This document shows positions 34,936-44,050 of a stretch of DNA of 56,658 nt, piece by piece. The DNA is from a virus (taxonomy: Duplodnaviria > Caudoviricetes), in IMG/VR virus record IMGVR_UViG_3300009156_000033, positions 1-56,658 of that record, one strand, 5' to 3'. A program made the position numbers and the translations under genes. Position 1 is the stretch's first letter; each line of letters begins with the position of its first letter. The notes below the pieces were generated by a model. That model saw only the letters and a list, made by a program, of their open reading frames with translations, made no database searches and was not told the DNA's origin.

Positions 34936-36021
34936 TTACACTTCGTCGTCGCGACGCGTGAAAACATTGGCCTTTTTGTCGAACTTGAGCGCACGCTGCT
35001 TCTTGGCCCGCTCGATGGAACGGTAGATAGTGACCTCGTTGACAGATGTGCCCACTTTTGCTTTCACGGCGACGAACAGGTCGTTGAGGCTCATTTTGTA
35101 GCCGTCGCAGGCGTCGGCGATGAGCGTATTGGGTATCTTCACGTTCTGCCCCTTGTTGCTCTTGACCTGCTTGACCCACTCCTCGATGTCGAAGTCGTCG
35201 TCGCGCTCGTAAATGTGGGTGTCCTCGTCGAATTTGAGCGCAAAGGCGTCGAATTCTTTGCCGTCAGAACACTTGCCGCAGGCGAGAATGATCGTCTCAT
35301 AGCTGTTCGGCGATGCGACGGCGACGTTGATCTGGCTACGGGCCCAAGCGGTTATGGCCTTTGAGTTGCGCGAATAGCTGCCCTTTTCCATGCCGAGGAG
35401 CTTCACGGCGCCGGCGCGGCCTGTGAGCGCGTGGTGGATGACGAGAGGGATCGACTGGGTATTGCCTCGCTTGGTTAGCATCGACAGCTCATGGAGCGAT
35501 TTGAACATGTCTGCGTCCTTGTTCAGGTCGCCGACGGAGTAATTTTGGAGACTGTCCCACACGACGACGTTCCACGGGCGCGTCTTGATAGCGTCGGCCA
35601 CGAAGTCCCGGTTGGTGGCGTTGTCGAGGAATACGAGTCCGTCGCCGTCGTGTTCAAGGGTGTGCACGACACATTGATCGACGACCTTTTGCCACAGCGC
35701 CTCATCGCCTACCCACCTGCGGAAGTACTCGAGGTCGGTTTGCAGGCGCCGGTTGCTGTTCTCGACCTGCATGAACAGCCAAGTGAGGTTGGTCCCTTGC
35801 ATGGGCAGGCCGACGAAATCCCGGCCGACGATACCGGTGATCGCCATTTGCATTATGAGCCGCGTCTTGCCGGCGCCTGGCGGACCAACGAAACACGTGT
35901 TCTGACCCTTGGCGAGTACGTGGTCGCCGAGGATGTTATCGGACGCGTCGAAGCGCATCCCGAGGATTTCGTCGAAGTGCCTTAGCGAAAGTGGGGCGCG
36001 GGGCGTCGGTGCATCGGCCAT
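34936..36021 (-). CDS. RecA-family RepA/AAA_25-type replicative helicase with putative C-terminal HTH
   Basis: Walker A GPPGAGKT, QVENS, Walker B VVWDSL, VIHH; TTGACG-16-CAGAAT 7 nt before ATG 36021. Confidence 0.8.
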   Translation of the reverse strand: MADAPTPRAPLSLRHFDEILGMRFDASDNILGDHVLAKGQNTCFVGPPGAGKTRLIMQMAITGIVGRDFVGLPMQGTNLTWLFMQVENSNRRLQTDLEYFRRWVGDEALWQKVVDQCVVHTLEHDGDGLVFLDNATNRDFVADAIKTRPWNVVVWDSLQNYSVGDLNKDADMFKSLHELSMLTKRGNTQSIPLVIHHALTGRAGAVKLLGMEKGSYSRNSKAITAWARSQINVAVASPNSYETIILACGKCSDGKEFDAFALKFDEDTHIYERDDDFDIEEWVKQVKSNKGQNVKIPNTLIADACDGYKMSLNDLFVAVKAKVGTSVNEVTIYRSIERAKKQRALKFDKKANVFTRRDDEV

Positions 36022-36028
36022 GGGCGGC

Positions 36029-36095
36029 ATTCTGCGCTCGTTACGAACGCCGTCAATAAAAAATTGTTGACACGTTTTTGCGCCGGGCGTAGTGT
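36029..36095. promoter_or_regulatory. Back-to-back divergent promoters
   Basis: Minus strand TTGACG-16-CAGAAT and plus strand TTGACA-17-TAGTGT, separated by an AT tract. Confidence 0.7.
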
Positions 36096-36103
36096 CGCGC
36101 AAC

Positions 36104-36340
36104 ATGAACGTTCGTCCCTCCGAAAAGTTCGTGCTGCTTGTCGAACGCGTGCACGGTTCCGTGAACGCCGCAGCCGAAGCATGGAAGATCAATCCCACGA
36201 TACTTTACCGCTTCCTGTCCAAGAAGGACAATGGCGGCCTGAGCCTCGACACTGCGGCGCAAATATCGCACAAGAGCGGCTTGTCGCTCGACGAGTTGTT
36301 CGTGATTGAGCCTGAGGTAGAGAAAGCGGGCAAGCGATGA
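36104..36340 (+). CDS. Cro/CI-like HTH regulator
   Basis: SVNAAAEAWKINPTILYRFL...LSLDTAAQIS...LSLDELF. Confidence 0.75.
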   Translation: MNVRPSEKFVLLVERVHGSVNAAAEAWKINPTILYRFLSKKDNGGLSLDTAAQISHKSGLSLDELFVIEPEVEKAGKR

Positions 36341-36780
36341 GCGACACCGACACCCGCTCCAAATTGGAGCACCTGTTCAAGCGGCTCGTCGACCCGACCG
36401 TGCCCGACCTCGACGCGCTCGCCGACTTTGTCTGGTTCCGCAAACTTGCGCTGGGAGCTGAGGACGTGGCTGGAGCGCTAGGGATGCCGGCGCCTGCGAC
36501 GCCTGCGCCCACAAAGGACGGCCCACGGATGCCGTTCGGCGAGCACAAGGGCAAGCTGCTGGCCGAGGTGCCAGCGACGTACTTCGCGTGGCTTGTGACG
36601 CGGGAGCTGCGTGAGCCGTTGTTCGGACACGTTAAGACCGAAGCAGCGCGGCGCGGTGTGAAGATGCCCGCTGGCGCAACGGCGGCAAAGCCGAACCGCA
36701 ACGCCGGCCACCTGCGGCAGGAGGCGAAAGCGCACGACGCCACGGCCGCCGAGACGAACCAAGAGCAGCCGCCCTTTTGA
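36337..36780 (+). CDS. DUF3820/ExoX C-terminal-like domain protein
   Basis: MPFGEHKGKLLAEVPATYFAWL motif. Confidence 0.7.
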   Translation: MSDTDTRSKLEHLFKRLVDPTVPDLDALADFVWFRKLALGAEDVAGALGMPAPATPAPTKDGPRMPFGEHKGKLLAEVPATYFAWLVTRELREPLFGHVKTEAARRGVKMPAGATAAKPNRNAGHLRQEAKAHDATAAETNQEQPPF

Positions 36781-36783
36781 CCT

Positions 36784-37068
36784 ATGACGGAGACCGAAAA
36801 GCTGAAGCACTGCGCTGGTTGCCACGGACGACTTTTACAATTACGGCGGCAATTCCGGGTCGGCGACGGGGCGTTGCTGGTCGTTGCCGGACATGAAGCT
36901 CATCATGCGCAAGGAAGTGTCCATTGACCAGCGGCCGCCGTGGACGCAGAAGGCGCGCGAGTTTCCGCAGTGCTACCACCGTCCGCGCTTCGTTTACGTG
37001 AAGCCGGATCAAACCTACACTCCGCGACCGCAGTTCAGAGATCGAGCCGCTGGGAGGACATGCCATGA
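36784..37068 (+). pseudogene. Frameshifted Cys-rich phage gene
   Basis: MTETEKLKHCAGCH continues as DDFYNYGGN...CWSL...PPWTQK...CYHRPRFVYV only after a +1 shift at ~36826; 3' end approximate. Confidence 0.55.
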
Positions 37069-37304
37069 CCCCGCTCACCATCAACGAGCTTGTCGCTATC
37101 GAGCGTGCTCGCGTCGCCGTTCAGCGCATCGTCGCGGAGGTGCCGGAATCCCTCGAAGGCGCCCATCTCGTGCACTCGCTTTGCTGCCTGCTGCAAGTCT
37201 TCGCGGACGAGCGGACGGGGCAACTGGGCGCCGTAGGCATCGCAGCCGCAGCGATCGCCGAACTCGTCGAGCGTGAGCGGGGGGAGAGGAGCGTCGTCGC
37301 TTGA
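37065..37304 (+). CDS. Hypothetical protein
   Basis: GGGAGG SD. Confidence 0.55.
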   Translation: MTPLTINELVAIERARVAVQRIVAEVPESLEGAHLVHSLCCLLQVFADERTGQLGAVGIAAAAIAELVERERGERSVVA

Positions 37305-38284
37305 GCACGCCCACAATCATTCGCCTGTCGCCGAACTCGCTCGGCCACTACAACGTGTGTCGGCGCTTCCACTGGTACTACAAAATACGGGACCGGCGCC
37401 TCGTCCGTACCTCGCCGGGTCGCGCCAACGGCACTGCGATGCACGCTGGGATGCTGGCGCTGAACCAGGGCAAGAGCGTCGCCGAGCAGGAAGCAGCGAT
37501 CGACGCGGCGTTCGCGGCATCGCCCACGCCCGTTGACGACTACCGTCAGGCGAGCTTCGCGAAGGACGGGCTCGCGGCGTTCCGCGCTGAGTTCGGCTCG
37601 ACGTTCGCCGACTGGACGATTGAGGAGACTGAGGCGCAAGGCGAGGTGGAGCTGGGGCGCATTCACTGGGGGGTGTACTCGCCGCGCAATCCGGCGTCTG
37701 ATTTCCTGTTCGTGAAGCGCAGCGTCGCCGAACCTGAGCACGAAGCCGTAGTCATGTTTGAGTTCCGCCGCGACCTCGTCGCCGTGTCGCCCGAGGGCCA
37801 GCGCTTCGTGTTCGACTACAAGACGGCATCGCGCAACGAGCAGGTCGAGTACGAAGCCGCGAAGGTGTCCGGTGCGCTCAAAGCCTACGCCCGCACCTAC
37901 CAGATGCAGCACGGCAAGCCCGTCCACGGCGCGTACCTTATCCGGCTCATTATGCGCAAGCCGAGCCGCACCGGGGTCGCGTTCGAGTTCCCCAAGGACG
38001 GGCCCATTTATTTCAGCGACGCGGTCCTCGACGAGTGGCAGCGGCAGACGCTCCGCATCGCCCGGGAGATACTTGAGCGCGACCCGAACGACCCGGACGA
38101 CTGGCCGCTGTCGAGTACGGACAAGGGCGCGTGTCGGTTCCAGTGGGGCGCGTGCGACTACCTGGGCGTGTGCCAGCTACCACCAGCGGACCGCTTGCTG
38201 AAGCTGAGCACGGACGAGTTTGAAGACGCGGAGGCGGCGAAACAACGTGAACGCGCCGGCGATGGCGCAACGCAGGAAACATGA
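37301..38284 (+). CDS. PD-(D/E)XK (Cas4/RecB-like) exonuclease
   Basis: SPNSL..Y..CRR, GTAMH, E...DLV...DYKT, Y, C-terminal C....GACDYLGVC Fe-S-type cysteines. Confidence 0.8.
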   Translation: MSTPTIIRLSPNSLGHYNVCRRFHWYYKIRDRRLVRTSPGRANGTAMHAGMLALNQGKSVAEQEAAIDAAFAASPTPVDDYRQASFAKDGLAAFRAEFGSTFADWTIEETEAQGEVELGRIHWGVYSPRNPASDFLFVKRSVAEPEHEAVVMFEFRRDLVAVSPEGQRFVFDYKTASRNEQVEYEAAKVSGALKAYARTYQMQHGKPVHGAYLIRLIMRKPSRTGVAFEFPKDGPIYFSDAVLDEWQRQTLRIAREILERDPNDPDDWPLSSTDKGACRFQWGACDYLGVCQLPPADRLLKLSTDEFEDAEAAKQRERAGDGATQET

Positions 38285-38658
38285 CGACGACGATCGAGGA
38301 AGCGACGCAACGGCTAATCGACACCGCTACAAGCTCGGCGAAAGCAGCGAACGACCTGCTCACGAAGGCGCTCGACAAGGTGGACGCCCTGACGCAGGAC
38401 CGCGACCAGCTCATGCGCACGCTGCACGAGACTGCGGCCCACGCGACCGTGCTCATGCGCCAGCGCGACGAACTCGCGGCGTGCCTGCGGGAGGTGCTAA
38501 ACGCGATGGGGACGGGCACAATCGTCATCGCGCCAGGCAAGCTGCTCGGCAATGCGTTCCAGTACATGACGCTGGCGAACCGCTGCCAAGCCGCCCTGCT
38601 CCGCCTCGAAGTGCGCGAGCGCCTCGACGACAAGCTCCAAGCGGAGGCGAAGCCGTGA
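38281..38658 (+). CDS. Hypothetical coiled-coil protein
   Basis: Coupled ORF. Confidence 0.6.
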   Translation: MTTTIEEATQRLIDTATSSAKAANDLLTKALDKVDALTQDRDQLMRTLHETAAHATVLMRQRDELAACLREVLNAMGTGTIVIAPGKLLGNAFQYMTLANRCQAALLRLEVRERLDDKLQAEAKP

Positions 38659-39449
38659 GCGATCCCGTCGCCATCCCGACCGGGCTCGTCCCGCCGTCCC
38701 GTCGCAATCCGCAGATGGCGCTGTTCTACTCGGCGCCGAAGGTGGGCAAGACGACGGCCGCGGCGGCGTTGCCCGACTCGCTCATCCTTGAGCTTGAGCC
38801 TAGTGGCGCGGACTTTGTCGCCGCGCGCAAGCTCGACGTCTCCAGCATGGGCCAGCTCGTCGCGGTGCTCGCGAAGCTCACCGCATTGCGCGAAGCCGGC
38901 ACGCCAGCCTGTCGCCGCCTCGTTGTGGACACCGTGGATGCTCTCGAACAACTGTGCAAAACGTCGGCGCTCGCCAAGTACAAGGCCAGCGTGCTCGGCA
39001 AGAACTTCCAGGGCACTGACCTGTTCGAGCTCGACCAAGGCGGCGGCTACGGTCGGCTGCGCGACGAGATGGGCGAAGTGCTTTGGCTGCTCGTCAAAGC
39101 GAGCGAGGAGGTCATCCTGCTCGCCCATGTCCGCGACAAGTACATCGAGCGCAAGGGCGCCATAGACGTCTCGACGCAGGACGTGGACCTGACGGGCAAG
39201 GTCCGCGCCATCGTGTGCGGGCGCTGTTCGACCATTGGCTACATGCGCCGCGACTTTACCGACACGCTCTATGTAAACTTTCGGACGGGCGACAGCGTCA
39301 ACTGCGGCTCGCGCTGCGCTCACCTGACGGGTAAAGAGATCGTGCTCGGCGAACGGGTCAACGGCGAGCTTGTGTTCCGGTGGGAACGTATTTACTTACC
39401 CGACGACGCCAACCCTTTGCCTGCGCCGAAGCAGGCACCGCAGCCATGA
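38655..39449 (+). CDS. Sak4-like AAA_24 ATPase (single-strand annealing recombinase)
   Basis: YSAPKVGKTT, LVVDTV, GGGYG, LLAH; next to the exonuclease. Confidence 0.8.
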   Translation: MSDPVAIPTGLVPPSRRNPQMALFYSAPKVGKTTAAAALPDSLILELEPSGADFVAARKLDVSSMGQLVAVLAKLTALREAGTPACRRLVVDTVDALEQLCKTSALAKYKASVLGKNFQGTDLFELDQGGGYGRLRDEMGEVLWLLVKASEEVILLAHVRDKYIERKGAIDVSTQDVDLTGKVRAIVCGRCSTIGYMRRDFTDTLYVNFRTGDSVNCGSRCAHLTGKEIVLGERVNGELVFRWERIYLPDDANPLPAPKQAPQP

Positions 39450-39700
39450 GCGACTTCGCCACCAAAATCTTTCGTTCGTTGATGGCGCCTGACGCGCTCG
39501 CACGCTTTGAGGGCAACGAGAAGAACTACGCCGAAGACTGCGCCAAGTTCGCGGCGATGACGGACGAGCAACTCGCTGAGACCGTCATGCAATACCTGCA
39601 CCATTGCTCGCCGCCGAAGTGGTCGCGTGGCGAACCCGTTTACGACGCCGTCATTTGGCACAACCTGATTCCCGAGATGGTCCGCCGATTGCGCGACTAG
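39446..39700 (+). CDS. Hypothetical protein
   Basis: Coupled ORF. Confidence 0.55.
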   Translation: MSDFATKIFRSLMAPDALARFEGNEKNYAEDCAKFAAMTDEQLAETVMQYLHHCSPPKWSRGEPVYDAVIWHNLIPEMVRRLRD

Positions 39701-39774
39701 CTCGGCTCCGACAACCGGCGCACAGCGCCACAACCGCCCGGCGACGGGCACAACCAAAGAAAGCACGACGACCT

Positions 39775-40236
39775 ATGGGCATGTTATCGAACAAATACTG
39801 GACGAACGCCGAAGTGAACAAGCGCGTGATTGCGAAGTCGATCAAGCGCTGCGAACTGGGCGATGTTCGTGAAATGGACCGCACCGCAGACGCCAACGGC
39901 GAACCAGCCAAAGGGCCAAAGAGCAAGGTGCTGGTGAACCTGACGCTCGCCGAAGCTGCGAAGACAACCGACGGCGACGATCTCCGCGCCGGGTTCCCCA
40001 CCGTCATCACCATCAACGAGTGGGAAGGGCGCGAGGACGAGGCGAAGGCGAAGATCAAGGAACTGGCCATCGCCGTCCTGGGCATGGACCGCAAGACGAA
40101 GGACAACGTCGCTGCGGCCGTGGACAACGCCGGCGGCTGGGCAGCGCTCAAGGGGCGCCCGCTCCTCGTCGAGTTCGACGTTAAGAACGGCTATCAGGAG
40201 ACCCGTTCGTTCAACCGCATCCCGGCGACCACTTGA
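39775..40236 (+). CDS. Putative ssDNA-binding protein
   Basis: Beta-rich 153 aa downstream of the Sak4-like gene, the usual SSB position. Confidence 0.4.
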   Translation: MGMLSNKYWTNAEVNKRVIAKSIKRCELGDVREMDRTADANGEPAKGPKSKVLVNLTLAEAAKTTDGDDLRAGFPTVITINEWEGREDEAKAKIKELAIAVLGMDRKTKDNVAAAVDNAGGWAALKGRPLLVEFDVKNGYQETRSFNRIPATT

Positions 40237-40239
40237 CCT

Positions 40240-40530
40240 ATGAGCATCCAACATTACAGCAGCCCGGAGGAGGAGGCCGCCCAACGTCGTATGCTTGACG
40301 AGTTCCTCGGCAAAGCCGAACGGCAATGGCCGCAGGGTCGTGTAGCAGGCGACGATGACGGAGAGACGGCGTTTGCAATCGCCGCCGACCCAATTCACAA
40401 GTTCGTGCGCGTACAGTTCACGAAGCCGATGGCGTGGATTGGACTCGACGTAAAGTCAGCGCGTCACATGGCTGATTTGCTCACGAAGAAAGCCGACGAA
40501 CTGGAGCATATCGTTTCAAACCCCGCTTGA
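40240..40530 (+). CDS. Hypothetical protein
   Basis: P.GR...DDDGE.AFAI...F.KP..WIGL pattern common in phage proteins. Confidence 0.6.
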   Translation: MSIQHYSSPEEEAAQRRMLDEFLGKAERQWPQGRVAGDDDGETAFAIAADPIHKFVRVQFTKPMAWIGLDVKSARHMADLLTKKADELEHIVSNPA

Positions 40531-40533
40531 TCT

Positions 40534-40782
40534 ATGCCACGCACAAGTAAAGCGCTCGCCGTCCTCGACGACGAAGTGAGCGCCCTCAAAGCCAAGCACG
40601 CCGCGCTCATTGCCGAGCAAGCGGCTGTCGAAGACGCCATCGAACGCGTCAAGCGTATGCGCGTTGCGATGCAAACGCTGCCCAAGCGCAGCGGCCGCGC
40701 CAAGGGCAAGCGCCCAGCGACCGACGAACAGGCAACGACCCCCGAACTGCTCGCGAAGGCGCGAGCGATGCAAGGTGCATGA
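40534..40782 (+). CDS. Hypothetical coiled-coil protein
   Basis: Packed ORF. Confidence 0.55.
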   Translation: MPRTSKALAVLDDEVSALKAKHAALIAEQAAVEDAIERVKRMRVAMQTLPKRSGRAKGKRPATDEQATTPELLAKARAMQGA

Positions 40783-41675
40783 GCACGACCGTCATCTATC
40801 ACCGCGCCGACTTCGACGGCATCTTTTGTCGCGAGATCGCCCGCAAGTTCCTGCCCGGCGCAACGCTGGTCGGGTGGGACTACGGCGACCCGGTTCCGCC
40901 GATGCCCCCGGCGGGCGACGGCGAAGTTGCGCTCTACATGCTCGACATCAGCGTGGACGGACTCATGGACTACCCTGGCCTAACGTGGATCGACCACCAC
41001 AAGAGCGCGATGGAGAAGTTCCCGGGGAGCATCGCGGGCTACCGTATCGACGGCGTTGCGGCGTGCAGGCTCGCGTGGCAGTGGTTCAGCGGCTTCGTGA
41101 ACAAGTTCGGTAACGACACACCAACGAAGGAAGACTACGTAGAGCGTCGCGTTACCGAACCGTGGGCCGTCCGCCTCGCTGGCGAGTACGACATTTGGGA
41201 CAAGCGCGATCTGAACGCTGAACTGTTCCAGCACGGACTGCGGAGCGAGGAACTATTCTCGCCGATGTGGGACCAGTTGTTGAGCGACCACGGCGACGGC
41301 ACAGTCACACGTCTGCTCAACCAAGGTCGCGCCTTGCAATACGCCAAGACGCAGGAGAACGCGTCCATCATCAAGTCGAGCGGCTTCACCGTCGATTTCG
41401 AGGGCCTGTGCTTCCTCGCTTGCAACGCCGCCCGCTACAACTCGCACTTGTTCACTGCGGGCATCCTGCCTGAACACGACGCGTTGCTCGGCTTCAACTA
41501 CGATGGCAAAGGCCGTTGGCGCGTGTCGCTCTACCATGCGCCGGGCAAGGAGCATCACGACCTGTCGCTGATCGCGGTAAAGCATGGTGGTGGCGGGCAC
41601 CGGGGCGCTTGTGGCTTTCGTGCCACGTCGCTGCCTTTCCTAACCACGCCGCCCGCAACGGCGCCCGCCGCATGA
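40779..41675 (+). CDS. DHH/DHHA1 phosphoesterase
   Basis: YHRADFDG, LDIS, WIDHH, GGGGHRGACGF. Confidence 0.9.
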   Translation: MSTTVIYHRADFDGIFCREIARKFLPGATLVGWDYGDPVPPMPPAGDGEVALYMLDISVDGLMDYPGLTWIDHHKSAMEKFPGSIAGYRIDGVAACRLAWQWFSGFVNKFGNDTPTKEDYVERRVTEPWAVRLAGEYDIWDKRDLNAELFQHGLRSEELFSPMWDQLLSDHGDGTVTRLLNQGRALQYAKTQENASIIKSSGFTVDFEGLCFLACNAARYNSHLFTAGILPEHDALLGFNYDGKGRWRVSLYHAPGKEHHDLSLIAVKHGGGGHRGACGFRATSLPFLTTPPATAPAA

Positions 41676-41682
41676 ACTTGAC

Positions 41683-41771
41683 GAGCGCGCGGCGCAACGA
41701 AGCGCACTTGGGCCGAACCGTTACGGGTTACGCTAGCCCAAGGTCGGTGGTACGATCCACCGCCGCGCTCA
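41683..41771 (+). ncRNA. tRNA-like cloverleaf with expanded anticodon arm
   Basis: Acceptor GAGCGCG/CGCGCTC+A, D arm GCGC/GCGC, CTTGGGC/GCCCAAG arm enclosing 22 nt, T-like arm GGTGG-TACGAT-CCACC. Confidence 0.55.
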
Positions 41772-41887
41772 CTCATTCCCCCGCCCCTATCAACCGGCGA
41801 GCGTCAGCGTCGGAAAAGTCGCGTTGCGCAGGCGAGGCGGGGCCTCGGACTCATTAATCGCCTAAACGCGGCGGCTGACGCGCTTCT

Positions 41888-42091
41888 ATGAAGACCGGCC
41901 AACAACGCAAGGGCGACCCGGACAACCCGCCGTGCTGGTGCGGAGTAAAAAATCCGTACTACGAACCCCTGCCTCGTCGCTGTGGCGGTTCTGGCGTCAT
42001 CGAATGCCTGTGCGGTGGCGACTTCTGCGTTTGCCATTGGCACGGCGAAGCTGAGTGCCTTGGTTGCCCTGACTGCGAAGACGATGACTGA
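41888..42091 (+). CDS. Small Cys-rich Zn-binding protein
   Basis: CWCG, CGGSG, CLCGGDFCVC, CLGCPDC. Confidence 0.65.
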   Translation: MKTGQQRKGDPDNPPCWCGVKNPYYEPLPRRCGGSGVIECLCGGDFCVCHWHGEAECLGCPDCEDDD

Positions 42092-42278
42092 CTTTATGGA
42101 CACACGAACTGGAATGATCCTGCCACTGGAGCATGTGCCAGCGGGCCAGAAACAACACTTCGTCGAAGTGAAGCGCGACCTAACCTTGCGCGAGAAAGCC
42201 GAGGCGCAGATTCGGCTATACGCGCCTTGTGCTTGCGGGAGCGGTAAGAAGTTCAAGTTCTGCTGTCGTCGGCCATGA
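42084..42278 (+). CDS. SEC-C motif protein
   Basis: PCACGSGKKFKFCC. Confidence 0.8.
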   Translation: MTDFMDTRTGMILPLEHVPAGQKQHFVEVKRDLTLREKAEAQIRLYAPCACGSGKKFKFCCRRP

Positions 42279-42490
42279 ACGCGCCACGCAACCAACAGTG
42301 GGTGCAGGAGATGTGCGAGCTTGTGAAGAACAAGATGCCCGAGGGTTATTGCTTCGTCGTGTTTGGCTTCCCGGTGGATCGCGACGGACGCTGCTACTAC
42401 GCTTCCGACGCGACTCGCGAAAGCGCTATCAACGCGCTCCGAATATGGCTGGCGCACGCTGACGGCCAGTTCCTTAAGCACATGCCATGA
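42275..42490 (+). CDS. Hypothetical protein
   Basis: ATGA-coupled. Confidence 0.6.
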   Translation: MNAPRNQQWVQEMCELVKNKMPEGYCFVVFGFPVDRDGRCYYASDATRESAINALRIWLAHADGQFLKHMP

Positions 42491-42693
42491 GCCTCCCCGA
42501 CCGCCGTCCCCGCCTCACCTGCTACCACTGGGAATGCGGCAACGCCACGTTTACGACCGTCGCGCACGACATGGACGAAGCCTTCGAGCGTGCGAGTCGC
42601 GAAGCTGAGGCGCTCGGTCTCGGCGACTGCCCGCTCAAGTGCACAGACTACTACGAACACGACCCGGCGGGAGGCGATGGGCCGGAAGACTGA
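42487..42693 (+). CDS. Hypothetical protein
   Basis: ATGA-coupled. Confidence 0.55.
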   Translation: MSLPDRRPRLTCYHWECGNATFTTVAHDMDEAFERASREAEALGLGDCPLKCTDYYEHDPAGGDGPED

Positions 42694-42901
42694 ACGTGTG
42701 GCGTGCCCGAACGCAATTCGAGAACCGTGGGTTGGTCGCCGATTTATGAGCCGTTACGCTAATCGCGGCAAGTGGGAGTGGGAGGTGCTCACGGAGCCTA
42801 CCTTGAGCCAGAACGTCGAGTTCTTGTGGGCGCGTCCTGTTCGTCGTGTGCCCTCGAGTACGCGTCCGTGGCGTGTTGCCCGCGGCTCAAAAAACGATTG
42901 A
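42677..42901 (+). CDS. Hypothetical protein
   Basis: GGGAGG SD before ATG 42677. Confidence 0.45.
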   Translation: MGRKTERVACPNAIREPWVGRRFMSRYANRGKWEWEVLTEPTLSQNVEFLWARPVRRVPSSTRPWRVARGSKND

Positions 42902-42930
42902 TGTGTGATTGACGCAATCGAAAGGAAACG

Positions 42931-43176
42931 ATGAAATCCAAAGCAAAGCCTGTGCGTAAAGAGCGGGGCGGCAGTTCGCGTGGAGCGCGTGGTTCTGCGG
43001 CGCTTGGATGGTCATACAGCCACTACCGCGCATCGCTCTACCTCGATGGTGAAAGGTTCGCAATCGTGACACCTGACGGACGCAATGCGCTCTCAAAGAA
43101 GGACGCCGCGCTCCTGCTCGAAGCCCTGAACCGGAAGCCGCAGAACGACAAAGCTGAGAGATCGGCGCGCAAATAA
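42931..43176 (+). CDS. Cassette hypothetical protein
   Basis: GAAAGGA SD; its N-terminus reads through the first attC half site and it stops inside the next attC. Confidence 0.65.
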   Translation: MKSKAKPVRKERGGSSRGARGSAALGWSYSHYRASLYLDGERFAIVTPDGRNALSKKDAALLLEALNRKPQNDKAERSARK

Positions 43177-43253
43177 TCCAATGACTTTCGCCACGCAAAC
43201 GAGCACTGGAACTGAGACGGCCCGCGCCGATTCTCTCCAGCGTCTTGTTCGGC
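43140..43253 (-). repeat. attC: attC site
   Basis: Minus strand: R'' GCCGAAC-5nt-L'' GCTGGAGA ... L' TCTCAGC-6nt-R' GTTCTGC, with an extrahelical G. Confidence 0.85.
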
Positions 43254-43759
43254 GTCCCATCCGCTTCACAGTCGAGGACGCAAATAACTGCGGCTGGTGC
43301 TTCAACTGTGGGCCAGGCGCGCTGTGCGCGGTGCTCAATCTGACCCCCGCTGAAATCCGGCCACTGATGGGCGACTTCGAGACCAAGGGATACACGAACC
43401 CGACGCTGATGCTCGAAGTGCTGAACCGCGCTGGCGCGAAATATCGGCAAGTGTATAGGAGCGACGACCCGAAAGGGCGGATTCCGAAAATCCAACACGG
43501 CCTGATGCGCGTGCAATGGGGCGGCCCGTGGACGAAACCCGGCGTGCCGATGCGTGTGCGATACCGGCACACACACTGGGTCGCGCTGCGAAACGACAAC
43601 ACGGAAGTCTTCGACGTGAACGCCACCTGCGTCGGTGGCTGGATGGAAGCGACGGAGTGGGAATGGCAACTCATACCGTGGCTCATCAAGGAGGGCGTGC
43701 CGAAAGGTGACGGAACTTGGTGGCCGACGCATGCGCTCGAAGTGACGCCGAACGACTGA
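43181..43759 (+). CDS. Cassette-borne C39/papain-like peptidase
   Basis: NCGPGALCAVL...HWVAL...VFDVN gives a Cys-His-Asp triad. Confidence 0.65.
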   Translation: MTFATQTSTGTETARADSLQRLVRRPIRFTVEDANNCGWCFNCGPGALCAVLNLTPAEIRPLMGDFETKGYTNPTLMLEVLNRAGAKYRQVYRSDDPKGRIPKIQHGLMRVQWGGPWTKPGVPMRVRYRHTHWVALRNDNTEVFDVNATCVGGWMEATEWEWQLIPWLIKEGVPKGDGTWWPTHALEVTPND

Positions 43760-43881
43760 GATCAGAGACGGAGGCGAACAATGTATAACCCTCAAAAGAC
43801 TGTCTGTTTCAAGTGTCACAAGAATCCGTGCGAGTGCCCGGCCAAGAGAGAGCCTACGTTCTCTGCATCGAATGGTTCGGC
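43747..43881 (-). repeat. attC: attC site
   Basis: Minus strand: GCCGAAC-CATTC-GATGCAGA ... TCTGATC-TCAGTC-GTTCGGC. Confidence 0.8.
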
Positions 43882-44050
43882 GGATACGTTGCTTGTTATC
43901 CAGACCTGTGATGGTCACAGTTATAGAGGAAAATCGACGCGCGAGGTAGCACTGAGGATTGCACAATTCATTTTGGCTGCGCCAGAGAAAGCGACTAATC
44001 AACGCCCCAGCGATGAGGAGGAAAACACCGCGGCGGTTGGTTGGGGTTGA
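43781..44050 (+). CDS. Cassette hypothetical protein (possibly frameshifted near the 3' end)
   Basis: GGAGG SD inside the attC; another frame continues to PNEKLTDSRE* in the next attC half site. Confidence 0.5.
   Translation: MYNPQKTVCFKCHKNPCECPAKREPTFSASNGSADTLLVIQTCDGHSYRGKSTREVALRIAQFILAAPEKATNQRPSDEEENTAAVGWG

Noticed and set aside
41683-41771. Functional canonical tRNA
   Set aside because: No 7-nt anticodon loop, no TTC in the T loop, no GG in the D loop.
43181-43759. C39-like peptidase as the endolysin
   Set aside because: It sits in a mobile cassette in the replication operon, far from the holin, with no cell-wall-binding domain.
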